Source of the DNA: an uncultured Rubrivirga sp.
Lineage (GTDB): Bacteria > Actinomycetota > Actinomycetes > S36-B12
NCBI GenBank assembly: GCA_964385255.1
Contig: CAYLOH010000001.1
Coordinates: forward strand, 58,792 to 122,791
DNA: 64,000 nt
Reading direction: 5' to 3'
How positions within the stretch are numbered: the stretch's first letter is position 1; the number at the start of each line of letters is the position of its first letter. Below, piece by piece: positions 30,393 to 38,811 of the stretch. Both the position numbers and the translations under genes were made by a program. The notes under the pieces are model-generated. The model worked only from the letters and a program-made list of their open reading frames with translations, did not search any database and was not told where the DNA came from.

Positions 30393-30466
30393 ACGTCCAC
30401 GGTAACCCATGGGGGCCGAGCCGCCAAGTGAACGCGCACCCCGATCGGCTCGCCCTCGGCGAAGGG

Positions 30467-30540
30467 TGCCCTCGATGGGATTCGAACCCATACTGTGCCG
30501 GGTTTAAGCCGGGTGTCTCTACCAGTTGGACTACGAGGGC
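30467..30540 (-). tRNA. 74-nt class I tRNA with UAA at the anticodon position (nominally Leu UUA/UUG)
   Basis: Minus-strand read: GCCCTCG-TA-GTCC-AACTGGTAG-AGAC-A-CCCGG-CTTAAAC-CCGGC-ACAGT-ATGGG-TTCGAAT-CCCAT-CGAGGGC-A. It has a perfect 7-bp acceptor stem, a perfect T arm, GG in the D loop, U33, A37 and a 5-nt variable loop. There are C13:A22 and C27:C43 mismatches, and no encoded CCA. Confidence 0.8.
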
Positions 30541-30602
30541 TAGCACCTGGTCTGCCACATGATCCCGTACCCGCGGATGCGAACTCCCCTACCCTGGCCG
30601 TC

Positions 30603-31142
30603 ATGTCCGGCGGTACGCGAAGCATCGGCACCTGGGTGCTCCTGGTGGCGCTGGGGGTGGGCTCGGTGGCCGGTGGATTCGGGGCGGGCACCTGGTGGCA
30701 GTCGAGAGATACCGGGCCCGAGCGCGCCCTGTGGGTGCTCGCCCACAACGCCGATGCCGCGCAATTGACGCCCGCTGCCGAGGGGCTGTTCACCCTGAGC
30801 ATGTCGCCATCGGACGCACAGGTCCTGGCGGTTCGCAAGGACGCCGGGGGCGCCAGTGAACTCATCCCGTTGCCGCGACTGGAGAGCGAGTGGCAAGACA
30901 TGTTCGGTGACGAGTCGGTGGCCCTGACGCTTCTCGTCCACGAGGCACCCGACGATGCCGATCCCGACTCGCCCTCGGCCGCACGCATCGAATTGCTGTC
31001 AGCAGCGCCCGTCGTGGACGGTGATCTCGTCACCTATCCGGTCGAGGTCGTTCGTCCGTCGGTTATCGCTGATGATGCGGTCCTGCGCGCCTTCACCCGC
31101 GTGACGCTGCTACTACCCGAGGCGGAGCGAACGGTCGACTAG
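30603..31142 (+). CDS. Hypothetical membrane-anchored/secreted protein
   Basis: Starts at ATG 30603. Has an N-terminal TM (IGTWVLLVALGVGSVAGGF). No recognised domain. Confidence 0.5.
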   Translation: MSGGTRSIGTWVLLVALGVGSVAGGFGAGTWWQSRDTGPERALWVLAHNADAAQLTPAAEGLFTLSMSPSDAQVLAVRKDAGGASELIPLPRLESEWQDMFGDESVALTLLVHEAPDDADPDSPSAARIELLSAAPVVDGDLVTYPVEVVRPSVIADDAVLRAFTRVTLLLPEAERTVD

Positions 31143-31870
31143 TCCCCGGCGCGCGCAGCCTCCGCGAAGATCGTGTCGAGCATGTCCTGCGTCAGCTTGC
31201 CGGTGAAGGTGTTCTGCTGGCTGGGGTGGTAACTGCCCATCACTCGAATGCGGTGCGGACGCGAAACCTCGAAGTGGACACCATGGCCGAACTTCGGCCG
31301 CGGAGAGGGGACGTCGCACCCGGCGTTGGACAGCGCGTCCATGGCCGCCGTCCAGGCCAGCGAACCGAGTGCCACGACCACGCGGATATCCGGCAGCACG
31401 ATCTCGGCCTCTCGGCGCAGCCAGTGACGACAGGTCACACGCTCCTGCGTGGTGGGTTTGTTGTCCGGAGGCGCGCAGTGCACCGCCGCAGTTATCCGTA
31501 CATTGCGGAGTTGTTGACCATCGTCGCGACGCACGGACGTCGAAAGAGCGGCGAGCCCGGCCCGATGAAGAGACGCATAGAGCCAATCACCACTTCGGTC
31601 CCCCGTGAACATGCGACCGGTGCGGTTCGCGCCGTGGGCACCTGGCGCGAGTCCGACGATCCATACCCTCGGCTGGGAGCTGCCGAACCCCGGCACCGGG
31701 CCGCCCCAATAGTCCTCGTCTCGGTAGGCCGCTCGCTTATCGCGCGCAACCTGTTGGCACCAGTCGATCAATCGAGGGCAGGCGCGACAGTCGACGATTC
31801 CCTGATCGAGTTCGGCGAGTGTGGTCACCGCCGAAACGCGGTCAGCCAAGTCGAGTTGTGAGGAAGTCAA
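31139..31870 (-). CDS. Uracil-DNA glycosylase, family 4/5 (UdgB-like, Fe-S)
   Basis: Has CRACPRL cysteines and GLAPGAHGANRTGRMFTGD. Confidence 0.8.
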   Translation of the reverse strand: MTSSQLDLADRVSAVTTLAELDQGIVDCRACPRLIDWCQQVARDKRAAYRDEDYWGGPVPGFGSSQPRVWIVGLAPGAHGANRTGRMFTGDRSGDWLYASLHRAGLAALSTSVRRDDGQQLRNVRITAAVHCAPPDNKPTTQERVTCRHWLRREAEIVLPDIRVVVALGSLAWTAAMDALSNAGCDVPSPRPKFGHGVHFEVSRPHRIRVMGSYHPSQQNTFTGKLTQDMLDTIFAEAARAGD

Positions 31871-32522
31871 TGCTGCGCTGCCACGCGGTCGCGGCGTATT
31901 CGGGGTGGAAGACCTCTGGCCGATCGTCGTTGAAGAACGCGTGTTGCGAACCGGGATAGTCCAGGATGCTCACTTCACCACCTGCAGAGCGAATCGCCTC
32001 CGCGTACTCGGCTATCCGAGGACCAGCGTGTCCTTCATCGGACTCGGCTTTGTGCACGAGTGCCGCCTTACCCCGGTAGCGAGACCAATCCGGGTGGTAA
32101 TCCGGCCACGGCATCGCCGGATAGAACGCGACTGCGGCCGAAATCGCACCAACCGTGGGTGCCAGGAGAGATAGCCCACCACCCATGCAGAATCCGATCG
32201 AGCCCACGCTGGCGCCGGTGACGTCGTCACGGGAGAGTAGGTAGTCCGCACCGGCGGCGATATCCGCGGCCACCGCGTCGACCTTCAGACCCATCATCAA
32301 CTTCTTCGCCTCGTCCGGTTCCACGGTCTCGACTCCGCGGTAATGGTCGATCGCCATGGCGGTGAATCCGACGCGGGCGAGGCGGTCGACGACGGATCGG
32401 ATGTGAGGAACCAGACCCCACCATTCTTGAATGACGAGCACACCAGGTCCACTCCCGGCGTCCGGACGCGCGAGGTAGCCCTCCACGGGTGCGTCGTGAA
32501 CGTCCATGCTCACCACGCTCAT
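31842..32522 (-). CDS. Dienelactone hydrolase family protein
   Basis: Starts at ATG 32522, with an ATGA overlap on the bglB stop. Has VLVIQEWWGL and the nucleophile motif GFCMGG. Confidence 0.8.
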   Translation of the reverse strand: MSVVSMDVHDAPVEGYLARPDAGSGPGVLVIQEWWGLVPHIRSVVDRLARVGFTAMAIDHYRGVETVEPDEAKKLMMGLKVDAVAADIAAGADYLLSRDDVTGASVGSIGFCMGGGLSLLAPTVGAISAAVAFYPAMPWPDYHPDWSRYRGKAALVHKAESDEGHAGPRIAEYAEAIRSAGGEVSILDYPGSQHAFFNDDRPEVFHPEYAATAWQRSIDFLTTRLG

Positions 32523-33892
32523 GCCTTCCTCCTCAGGATCTGCCTGCGGTACCACTGCGCGCTGTCCTTGGGGGTGCGCTCGCCCGTGGCGGGATCCACT
32601 CTGACGATGCCGAACTTCTTCGTCCACCCCGAAGCCCATTCAAGGTTGTCCATCAGACTCCACGCGAAGTAGCCGCGCACATCGATTCCATCTCGGCGCG
32701 CCGCGAGCACTCGGTCGATGTGGTCATGCAGGTACCGCGTGCGGATCGGATCGTGGACCCCGCCTTCGTCAATCGACTCCTCGACCGCGGCCCCGTTCTC
32801 GCAGATCCAGATGGGTGTGCCCGGGAGGGCACGGTCGATCTGGCGCAGCGCATCGACGATGCCATCCGGCACGATCTCCCAACCCATGTCGGTGAAGGGT
32901 GGCCGGGGCCCGAACGCATGGGGTGGCGCACCCGGGAACATCCGCGAATCCTGACCGATCGCCGCGCTACCCGCGCGATCCACGGCGACCACCCGATTCA
33001 CCGAGTAGTAGTTCTCACCGATCCAATCGACGGGTGCCGCGATGGCCGCGAAGTCCTCATCCCGGACGAACCCCCAGTCAGTGATGTCCGCGCAGTTCTC
33101 ACGTAAGTCGGCGGGAATGCCGCGACCAGCCAACAGGTCCAACCACAGCCGATTTTGTATGCCGTCCACATGGCGGGCAGCAGCGTCCATCGCTGGATCA
33201 TCCGCATAGGTCGGGATGATGTTGAGCACGATCCCCACATTCCGTGCTCCCGCGGATCGCAGGCGTTGAACGGCCCAGCCATGGCCGAGCATCAAGTGGT
33301 ACGCGGCAGCGAAGGCAGCATCGGCTTCGGTTCGACCAGGAGCGAAATAGCCGGCTGCATACCCGAGAAAGGCAGGACACCACGGTTCGTTCAGCGTGGC
33401 CCAACGATCCACTCGGTCAGCGAAACGTTCACCGAGAATGGCCGCGTACTCGGCGAACGCCTCGGCAGTCGACCGGACGGTCCACCCTCCGGCACGTTCC
33501 ACCGTGGAGGGGGTGTCCCAATGGAAGAGCGTCGCGACCGGCGAGATGCCGCGTTCGAGCAGTCCGTCGACAAGCCGGTCGTAGAAGTCCAGGCCCGCGG
33601 GATTGACCGCACCGATGCCGTCGGGAAGGACGCGTGGCCAACTGAAGGAGAAGCGGTACGCGTCCACGCCGAACCAAGACAACAGTTGCAGGTCCTCGTC
33701 GAGCCGATGGACGTGATCGCACGCTGGTTCTCCCGTGGCCCCATCCACGATCGCGCCCGGAGTATCGGCGAAGTCATCCCAATTGCAGCGACCGCGACCC
33801 GCCACATCACCTTCGATCTGCCAGGCCGACGTTGCCACGCCCAACTCGAAGTCCTCGGGGATGGCAAGGTCGGGAACGGTGTCATCGTTCAT
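32519..33892 (-). CDS. GH1 beta-glucosidase
   Basis: Starts at ATG 33892. Has FELGVATSAWQIEG, the acid/base motif TLNEPW and the nucleophile motif WICENGAA. Confidence 0.9.
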   Translation of the reverse strand: MNDDTVPDLAIPEDFELGVATSAWQIEGDVAGRGRCNWDDFADTPGAIVDGATGEPACDHVHRLDEDLQLLSWFGVDAYRFSFSWPRVLPDGIGAVNPAGLDFYDRLVDGLLERGISPVATLFHWDTPSTVERAGGWTVRSTAEAFAEYAAILGERFADRVDRWATLNEPWCPAFLGYAAGYFAPGRTEADAAFAAAYHLMLGHGWAVQRLRSAGARNVGIVLNIIPTYADDPAMDAAARHVDGIQNRLWLDLLAGRGIPADLRENCADITDWGFVRDEDFAAIAAPVDWIGENYYSVNRVVAVDRAGSAAIGQDSRMFPGAPPHAFGPRPPFTDMGWEIVPDGIVDALRQIDRALPGTPIWICENGAAVEESIDEGGVHDPIRTRYLHDHIDRVLAARRDGIDVRGYFAWSLMDNLEWASGWTKKFGIVRVDPATGERTPKDSAQWYRRQILRRKA

Positions 33893-33926
33893 CGCTGTCT
33901 CAGTCTTTCTGAGCGTCGGTTCAGGT

Positions 33927-34913
33927 TCAGCCCTTGACCGAACCGGCGAGCAGACCTCGGACGAAATAGCGCTGCAGGGCGAAGAACACGATGAGCGGGA
34001 CGATGATGGCGATGAACGCACCCGCCGTTATCAAGTGAAGCTGGGCGCCATACGTTCCCTTGATACTCGCCAGATAGGCCGTCACTGGCGCAACATCCGG
34101 CGTGCCTCCCGCGAAGGTCAAGGCGACCAAGAGGTCGTTCCACACCCACAGGAACTGGAAGATCGCGAAGGAGGCGATAGCCGGGATCGACAGGGGGAGG
34201 ACGATCTTGCGGAAGATCAGGAAGTGGCTCGCTCCATCGACTCGCGCGGCTTCCATCAAATCCCGAGGCAATTGCGCGATGAAGTTGTGGATGAGGAAGA
34301 TCGCCAGCGGTAGCGCGAACATGGTGTGCGCTATCCACAGCGGTATGTAGGTGCCCGCGAGCAATGATTGCTCCGAACCCGGGCGGTTGAGATCCGGGAA
34401 GATCGGTATCGGACCGATACTCCACCCGAGATTGAACATCTGCAGCAACGGCAGCAGTGACATCTGAAGCGGAATGACTTGCAGCGCGAAGATGGCGAAG
34501 AACACCGCCGTGGACCACTTGAAGCGAACCCACGCGAGCGCGTAAGCGGCCATACAGGCCAACGTGAGCGGGAAGATCGCTGCCGGAATGGCGATCGCGA
34601 AGGAGTTGAAGAAGTAGGGCGTGATGCCGCTGGGAATGGTGCTTCCTCCGGTGATCACCTCGGCGTAGTTGCTCCACGTCACGGCTGGGTTGGTGAAGAA
34701 GGTCCACCAACCGGAGTTCTGTGCATCGGCTGCCGGGCGCATCGAGGTGATCAAGAGTCCCAGAGTCGGAATCGTCCACAAGAACGTGATCACGATGACA
34801 ACGAAGGACGCCCATGGGCTGCTCAGTTTCCGTCGAGCCGCCTGCGGGATCGACTCCTTCTCGAGCGGGTCGACATCCGGGAGACGAGGAATTTCCTGCG
34901 CTTCGACGCTCAT
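33927..34913 (-). CDS. Carbohydrate ABC transporter permease (MalG/CebG-like)
   Basis: Has 6 TM helices and an EAA-type loop (MEAARVDGASHFLIFRKIVLPL). Confidence 0.85.
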   Translation of the reverse strand: MSVEAQEIPRLPDVDPLEKESIPQAARRKLSSPWASFVVIVITFLWTIPTLGLLITSMRPAADAQNSGWWTFFTNPAVTWSNYAEVITGGSTIPSGITPYFFNSFAIAIPAAIFPLTLACMAAYALAWVRFKWSTAVFFAIFALQVIPLQMSLLPLLQMFNLGWSIGPIPIFPDLNRPGSEQSLLAGTYIPLWIAHTMFALPLAIFLIHNFIAQLPRDLMEAARVDGASHFLIFRKIVLPLSIPAIASFAIFQFLWVWNDLLVALTFAGGTPDVAPVTAYLASIKGTYGAQLHLITAGAFIAIIVPLIVFFALQRYFVRGLLAGSVKG

Positions 34914-35884
34914 CGAGTGGCCCTGTCCTTCCTGAGTTGATGAACGTTGAAGATGATCAGCGGGATCACTGCAACGAAGAGGACAACGGCCAGCGCACTG
35001 CCCCTGCCGATGTCGAACTGGACGAACGCTTGCGCGTACATCTCGTTCGGAACGATCTGCGTACCGAAGTTACCGTTCGTCATCACGCGCACGATGTCGA
35101 AGATCTTCAGCACCGCGAACATGATGGTGGTCACGACCACGATCAATGTCGCCCTGATCATCGGAATGGTGACCTTGGAGAACAACTTCCAACCGGTGGC
35201 GCCATCGAGCTCCGCAGCTTCGACGACATCGGCGGGAATCGCCTTGATGGCGGCGGACAGGACGACCATGGCGAACCCGACCTGGATCCAGACCATGATG
35301 ACCATCAAGAGGTAGTTGTTGAACGGCTGCCACAGCAGCCACTTGGGTGGATCGGCGACACCGAGCCACATGACGATTTGACTGAGCAGACCCACCTGCG
35401 GCTTGTCGGGGGCGCGATATTCGTAGATGAGACTCCAGATGATCGACGCTCCGACGAAGGAGATCGCCATCGGCATGAAGATGAGCGATTTGGCGACGGA
35501 TTCCCGTCGCATCCGATCGAGCAGCAAGGCCAGTGTGAGTCCGAGGGCCGTGGAGGCGATCGGAGTGATCACGATCCACAGAAGGGAGTTCACGATGATG
35601 TCGAACTGGGATTCGAAGATCCATTGGTAATTGGCCAAGCCCACGAACTCGTTGCCCGAGGAGTCAAGCGTGCTGTCCATGATGGTGCGGACAGCCGGGA
35701 CGATCAGCCCCACGATCAGCAAGATGACCGCCGGGCCGAGGAAGATCAGGAGAGCAGCGGGGTGACTGAGTCGGCCACGGAAGCGGGAGCCGACGAAGAA
35801 CAGCGCGACGATGAGCAGAGCGAAGACGGCTATGCCCAAGAAGCCGGACCAGAGTTTCTCCAGACCGACGAGCAGTTCCTCCAC
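34910..35884 (-). CDS. Carbohydrate ABC transporter permease (MalF/CebF-like)
   Basis: Has 6 TM helices and the loop VEAAELDGATGWKLFSKVTIPM. GTG start preceded by GAGGAGAGG. Confidence 0.85.
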   Translation of the reverse strand: MEELLVGLEKLWSGFLGIAVFALLIVALFFVGSRFRGRLSHPAALLIFLGPAVILLIVGLIVPAVRTIMDSTLDSSGNEFVGLANYQWIFESQFDIIVNSLLWIVITPIASTALGLTLALLLDRMRRESVAKSLIFMPMAISFVGASIIWSLIYEYRAPDKPQVGLLSQIVMWLGVADPPKWLLWQPFNNYLLMVIMVWIQVGFAMVVLSAAIKAIPADVVEAAELDGATGWKLFSKVTIPMIRATLIVVVTTIMFAVLKIFDIVRVMTNGNFGTQIVPNEMYAQAFVQFDIGRGSALAVVLFVAVIPLIIFNVHQLRKDRATR

Positions 35885-35917
35885 GTTCCGCCTCTCCTCG
35901 ACCGTTCCAAGAAAGCC

Positions 35918-35964
35918 GACTGCCGGGGCCTTTGCGACGGTATACCCGTCAGGCCCCGGCAGTC
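35918..35964 (-). terminator. Intercistronic stem-loop (possible partial terminator or mRNA stabiliser) between the SBP and permease genes
   Basis: A perfect 13-bp inverted repeat, GACTGCCGGGGCC (35918-35930) and GGCCCCGGCAGTC (35952-35964), with a 21-nt loop. On the transcript it is followed by GGCTTTCTT. Confidence 0.45.
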
Positions 35965-35998
35965 AGCGATTCACGAAACTGTGATCGTCATCCGGTGA

Positions 35999-37423
35999 TC
36001 AGGATGCCGGCCACGCTGCGTCGATGTCCGCGAGCACCTCGGACGTGGGCTTGTCCTCGGCGAACCAGGCGGTCATCTCCGTCCACATCGCACCTGCACC
36101 GACCGGGGCCGGCATGAGATCCGAGGCATCGAAACGGAAGATGCCATTCGGATTCGTCAGGAACTCAGCGGACAGCTGGTCGATGGAACCAGCCGCATAG
36201 GTATCCAGCGGCACACCACTGTTGGCGGAGACCCAGTTGCCCAGGGCGGCCTTGTTGGTGTGGAAGTCCGGGCTGGCCAGGTAGGTCTGGACGGCCTGAA
36301 CCTCGGGACGATCGGCGAATGCGGCGACGAACTCACCACCACCGACGACTGGCTGCGGGAACTCCGAGCTGATCTCCGGCAGGTAGAACGCGTACGCGGT
36401 GCCTTCCGGACCCACGACTGCGCTCGGGTCGAAGTTCTGCCAGAAGTTGGCGTAGAACGACGCCTGCTGCAACATGCCGCACTCACCCGAGGCGATACCG
36501 GCACCGGCATCCTGGAACGGAGTGATCGCGATCGTCTGGACGTCGCCGTAACCGCCATTGACGTACTCGGGGTTCTTCATCCAACCCGCGATGACGTCCA
36601 TCGCAGCCTCGACCTCAGGCGACTGGAAGGTGATCTCGTGGTTCACCCACTGGTCGTAGACCTCGCCGCCGTACAGGCGGAGCATGACCTGCTCGAGCCA
36701 GTCGGTTGCCGGCCATCCCGTCGCGCCACCGGACTCCAAGCCACCGCACCACGGCTTGATGCCGTCGGCGACCATCTGATCGGAGAGAGCCCAGAGCTCA
36801 TCCCACGTGGTGGGAACGGTGTAGCCCTTCTCGGCGAAGACCTGCGGGTTGTACCAAACGAAGGACTTCATGTTGGAGCCGAGCGGAGCGGCGTAGAAGG
36901 TGCCGTCCACGGTTCCGTACTGCTTCCATGCCGGATTCCAGTACTGATCCACCAGCGCGGTGGTCGCGGCCGGAGCGGCAACCGGTCCGCCATCGGCAAC
37001 GAGCTTGGCGAGCAAGCCCGGCTGCGGGATGAATGCGATGTCGGGAGCGTTGCCGCCGGCGATGCGGGTCGGCAACTGGGCCTCGAACTGGTCGCTGCCC
37101 TCGTAGACGATGTCGATGCCGGTGCACTCTTCGAACTGTGCCCAGGCTTCCTCGAACAGTTGCTGCTCGGGGGGAAGGATCGAGGTGAAGATGCTGACCG
37201 AGGTTCCCTCGTTGCCCATGTAATCGGCGTAGGCATCGCAGCCCGCCGCCATGTCGCCACCCTCGGTGGCCTCCTCAGCCGCGGTTTCCTCCGCAGCTGC
37301 GGTTTCCTCGGCCGTGGTTTCGCTCGCGGAATCGTCGCTGCCACCGCACGCGGCGAGCAGCATGCCAGCTGCCAGCCCACCTGCGAGGAGCGTCATCCCA
37401 CGACGCCGCTTGATTGCGGTCAT
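35999..37423 (-). CDS. Sugar ABC transporter substrate-binding lipoprotein (CebE-like)
   Basis: Has a signal peptide with lipobox LLAAC and a Glu/Thr/Ala-rich linker. It shows the family-1 solute-binding fold length of 474 aa. Confidence 0.85.
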   Translation of the reverse strand: MTAIKRRRGMTLLAGGLAAGMLLAACGGSDDSASETTAEETAAAEETAAEEATEGGDMAAGCDAYADYMGNEGTSVSIFTSILPPEQQLFEEAWAQFEECTGIDIVYEGSDQFEAQLPTRIAGGNAPDIAFIPQPGLLAKLVADGGPVAAPAATTALVDQYWNPAWKQYGTVDGTFYAAPLGSNMKSFVWYNPQVFAEKGYTVPTTWDELWALSDQMVADGIKPWCGGLESGGATGWPATDWLEQVMLRLYGGEVYDQWVNHEITFQSPEVEAAMDVIAGWMKNPEYVNGGYGDVQTIAITPFQDAGAGIASGECGMLQQASFYANFWQNFDPSAVVGPEGTAYAFYLPEISSEFPQPVVGGGEFVAAFADRPEVQAVQTYLASPDFHTNKAALGNWVSANSGVPLDTYAAGSIDQLSAEFLTNPNGIFRFDASDLMPAPVGAGAMWTEMTAWFAEDKPTSEVLADIDAAWPAS

Positions 37424-37510
37424 GGATTCTCCTTGCCTGACGTCACGCCCAGGAAGGTCCTCGGCGCGTAAACGTGTTCATGGTGGCTCGCCGAGGCCGT
37501 GGAAGCAACC

Positions 37511-37545
37511 TGTAACGATGCAACATGCCTATGTAACGCATCACG
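37511..37545. promoter_or_regulatory. Two TGTAACG-containing sites in the SBP/msiK divergent region (candidate LacI-family operators)
   Basis: TGTAACGATGCAACA (37511-37525) and TGTAACGCATCACG (37532-37545) sit in the only AT-richer patch of the 309-bp intergenic region. Their palindromy is imperfect. Confidence 0.3.
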
Positions 37546-37732
37546 ATTTGGTATCCCTGCGCGCTCGCCCCTGGAATCGGCCGCTCGCCGGACGACAGGA
37601 AGCTTTCGACGAATCCCTGCCAACGCTTGCAGACCGCTGGGTAGGCTGCCGGCACAACCGAATACGTGCATGTCGCACGCCCACTCTTACAACGGATCGT
37701 CCGGCACGTTCCTGCCGGTGAGAGGAACCACC

Positions 37733-38809
37733 ATGAGTCAGCCTGTTCGCTTCGACGACGTATCACTCGTCTACCCCGGCACCACCGCACCCGCCGTCTC
37801 GCATCTGAACCTGGACATCGGCGAAGGCGAGTTCCTCGTCCTCGTCGGTCCCTCCGGATGCGGCAAGTCGACATCGCTGCGGATGCTCGCAGGGTTGGAA
37901 CCCATCAGCGCCGGTCACATCTACATCGGTGACCGCGACGTCACCAACGTCGCGGCAAAAGACCGCGATATCGCGATGGTCTTCCAGAACTACGCCCTCT
38001 ACCCGCACATGTCCGTCGCCGAGAACATGGCCTTCGCCCTCAAGATCCAGAAGGTGTCCAAGGATGAAATCGACAGGCGGGTAAAGGAAGCCGCGGCCCT
38101 CCTGGATCTCACCGAGTACCTCGATCGAAAGCCCAAGGCACTCTCGGGTGGACAACGGCAGCGCGTGGCAATGGGGCGTGCGATCGTGCGCGAGCCACAG
38201 GTGTTCTTGATGGACGAACCGCTATCGAACCTCGATGCGAAGCTGCGCGTGCAAACGCGCACCCAGATTGCGGCCCTGCAGCGTCGACTGGGAACCACCA
38301 CCGTCTACGTCACGCATGATCAGGTCGAGGCCATGACGATGGGTGACAGGGTCGCGGTGTTGAAGGCGGGGGTCTTGCAGCAGGTCGACACCCCACGCGC
38401 GCTGTACGACGAGCCGGCCAATGCCTTCGTGGCGACCTTCATCGGATCCCCGTCGATGAACATCGTTCCGTGTGCCGTCACGCCAGACGGGTTGAGGATG
38501 GGCGAGCACACGGTCCCGATCGAGCGCTCACGCCTCGACCAGGTTCGCGGCGGCACAGCGCTGCTCGGAATACGTCCCGAGGATTTGCATATCGCGCAGG
38601 ACGGTGCCCCGATGACAGTGACACTCGTCGAGGAGTTGGGGGCGGACACGTTCGTCTACGGGGACATGAGCACCTCGGACGGGACGACCGTGAACCTCGT
38701 CGCTCGGGATCGGTCGCAGACATCTCCCCGTATGGGTGATGTGGTGCGGGTGCGTCCGGAGCGGACCTATGTCTTCCACAGTGACGGAGCGCAAGAGCGC
38801 ATCGTCTGA
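37733..38809 (+). CDS. Sugar ABC transporter ATP-binding protein (MsiK/MalK/UgpC-like)
   Basis: Starts at ATG 37733. Shows Walker A GPSGCGKST, the signature LSGGQRQRVAMGRA and a C-terminal TOBE-like domain. Confidence 0.9.
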   Translation: MSQPVRFDDVSLVYPGTTAPAVSHLNLDIGEGEFLVLVGPSGCGKSTSLRMLAGLEPISAGHIYIGDRDVTNVAAKDRDIAMVFQNYALYPHMSVAENMAFALKIQKVSKDEIDRRVKEAAALLDLTEYLDRKPKALSGGQRQRVAMGRAIVREPQVFLMDEPLSNLDAKLRVQTRTQIAALQRRLGTTTVYVTHDQVEAMTMGDRVAVLKAGVLQQVDTPRALYDEPANAFVATFIGSPSMNIVPCAVTPDGLRMGEHTVPIERSRLDQVRGGTALLGIRPEDLHIAQDGAPMTVTLVEELGADTFVYGDMSTSDGTTVNLVARDRSQTSPRMGDVVRVRPERTYVFHSDGAQERIV

Positions 38810-38811
38810 TC

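Noticed and set aside
30393-30491. The extension of the Bax-inhibitor-like ORF across the tRNA.
   Set aside because: These 33 extra codons are simply the tRNA gene read in antisense. ATG 30392 (MQTNNPVL) is the natural start.
30393-31142. A genomic island or prophage integrated at the tRNA.
   Set aside because: There is no integrase, no visible direct repeat of the tRNA 3' end, and the flanking genes (Bax-inhibitor-like, a small membrane protein, UdgB) look chromosomal.
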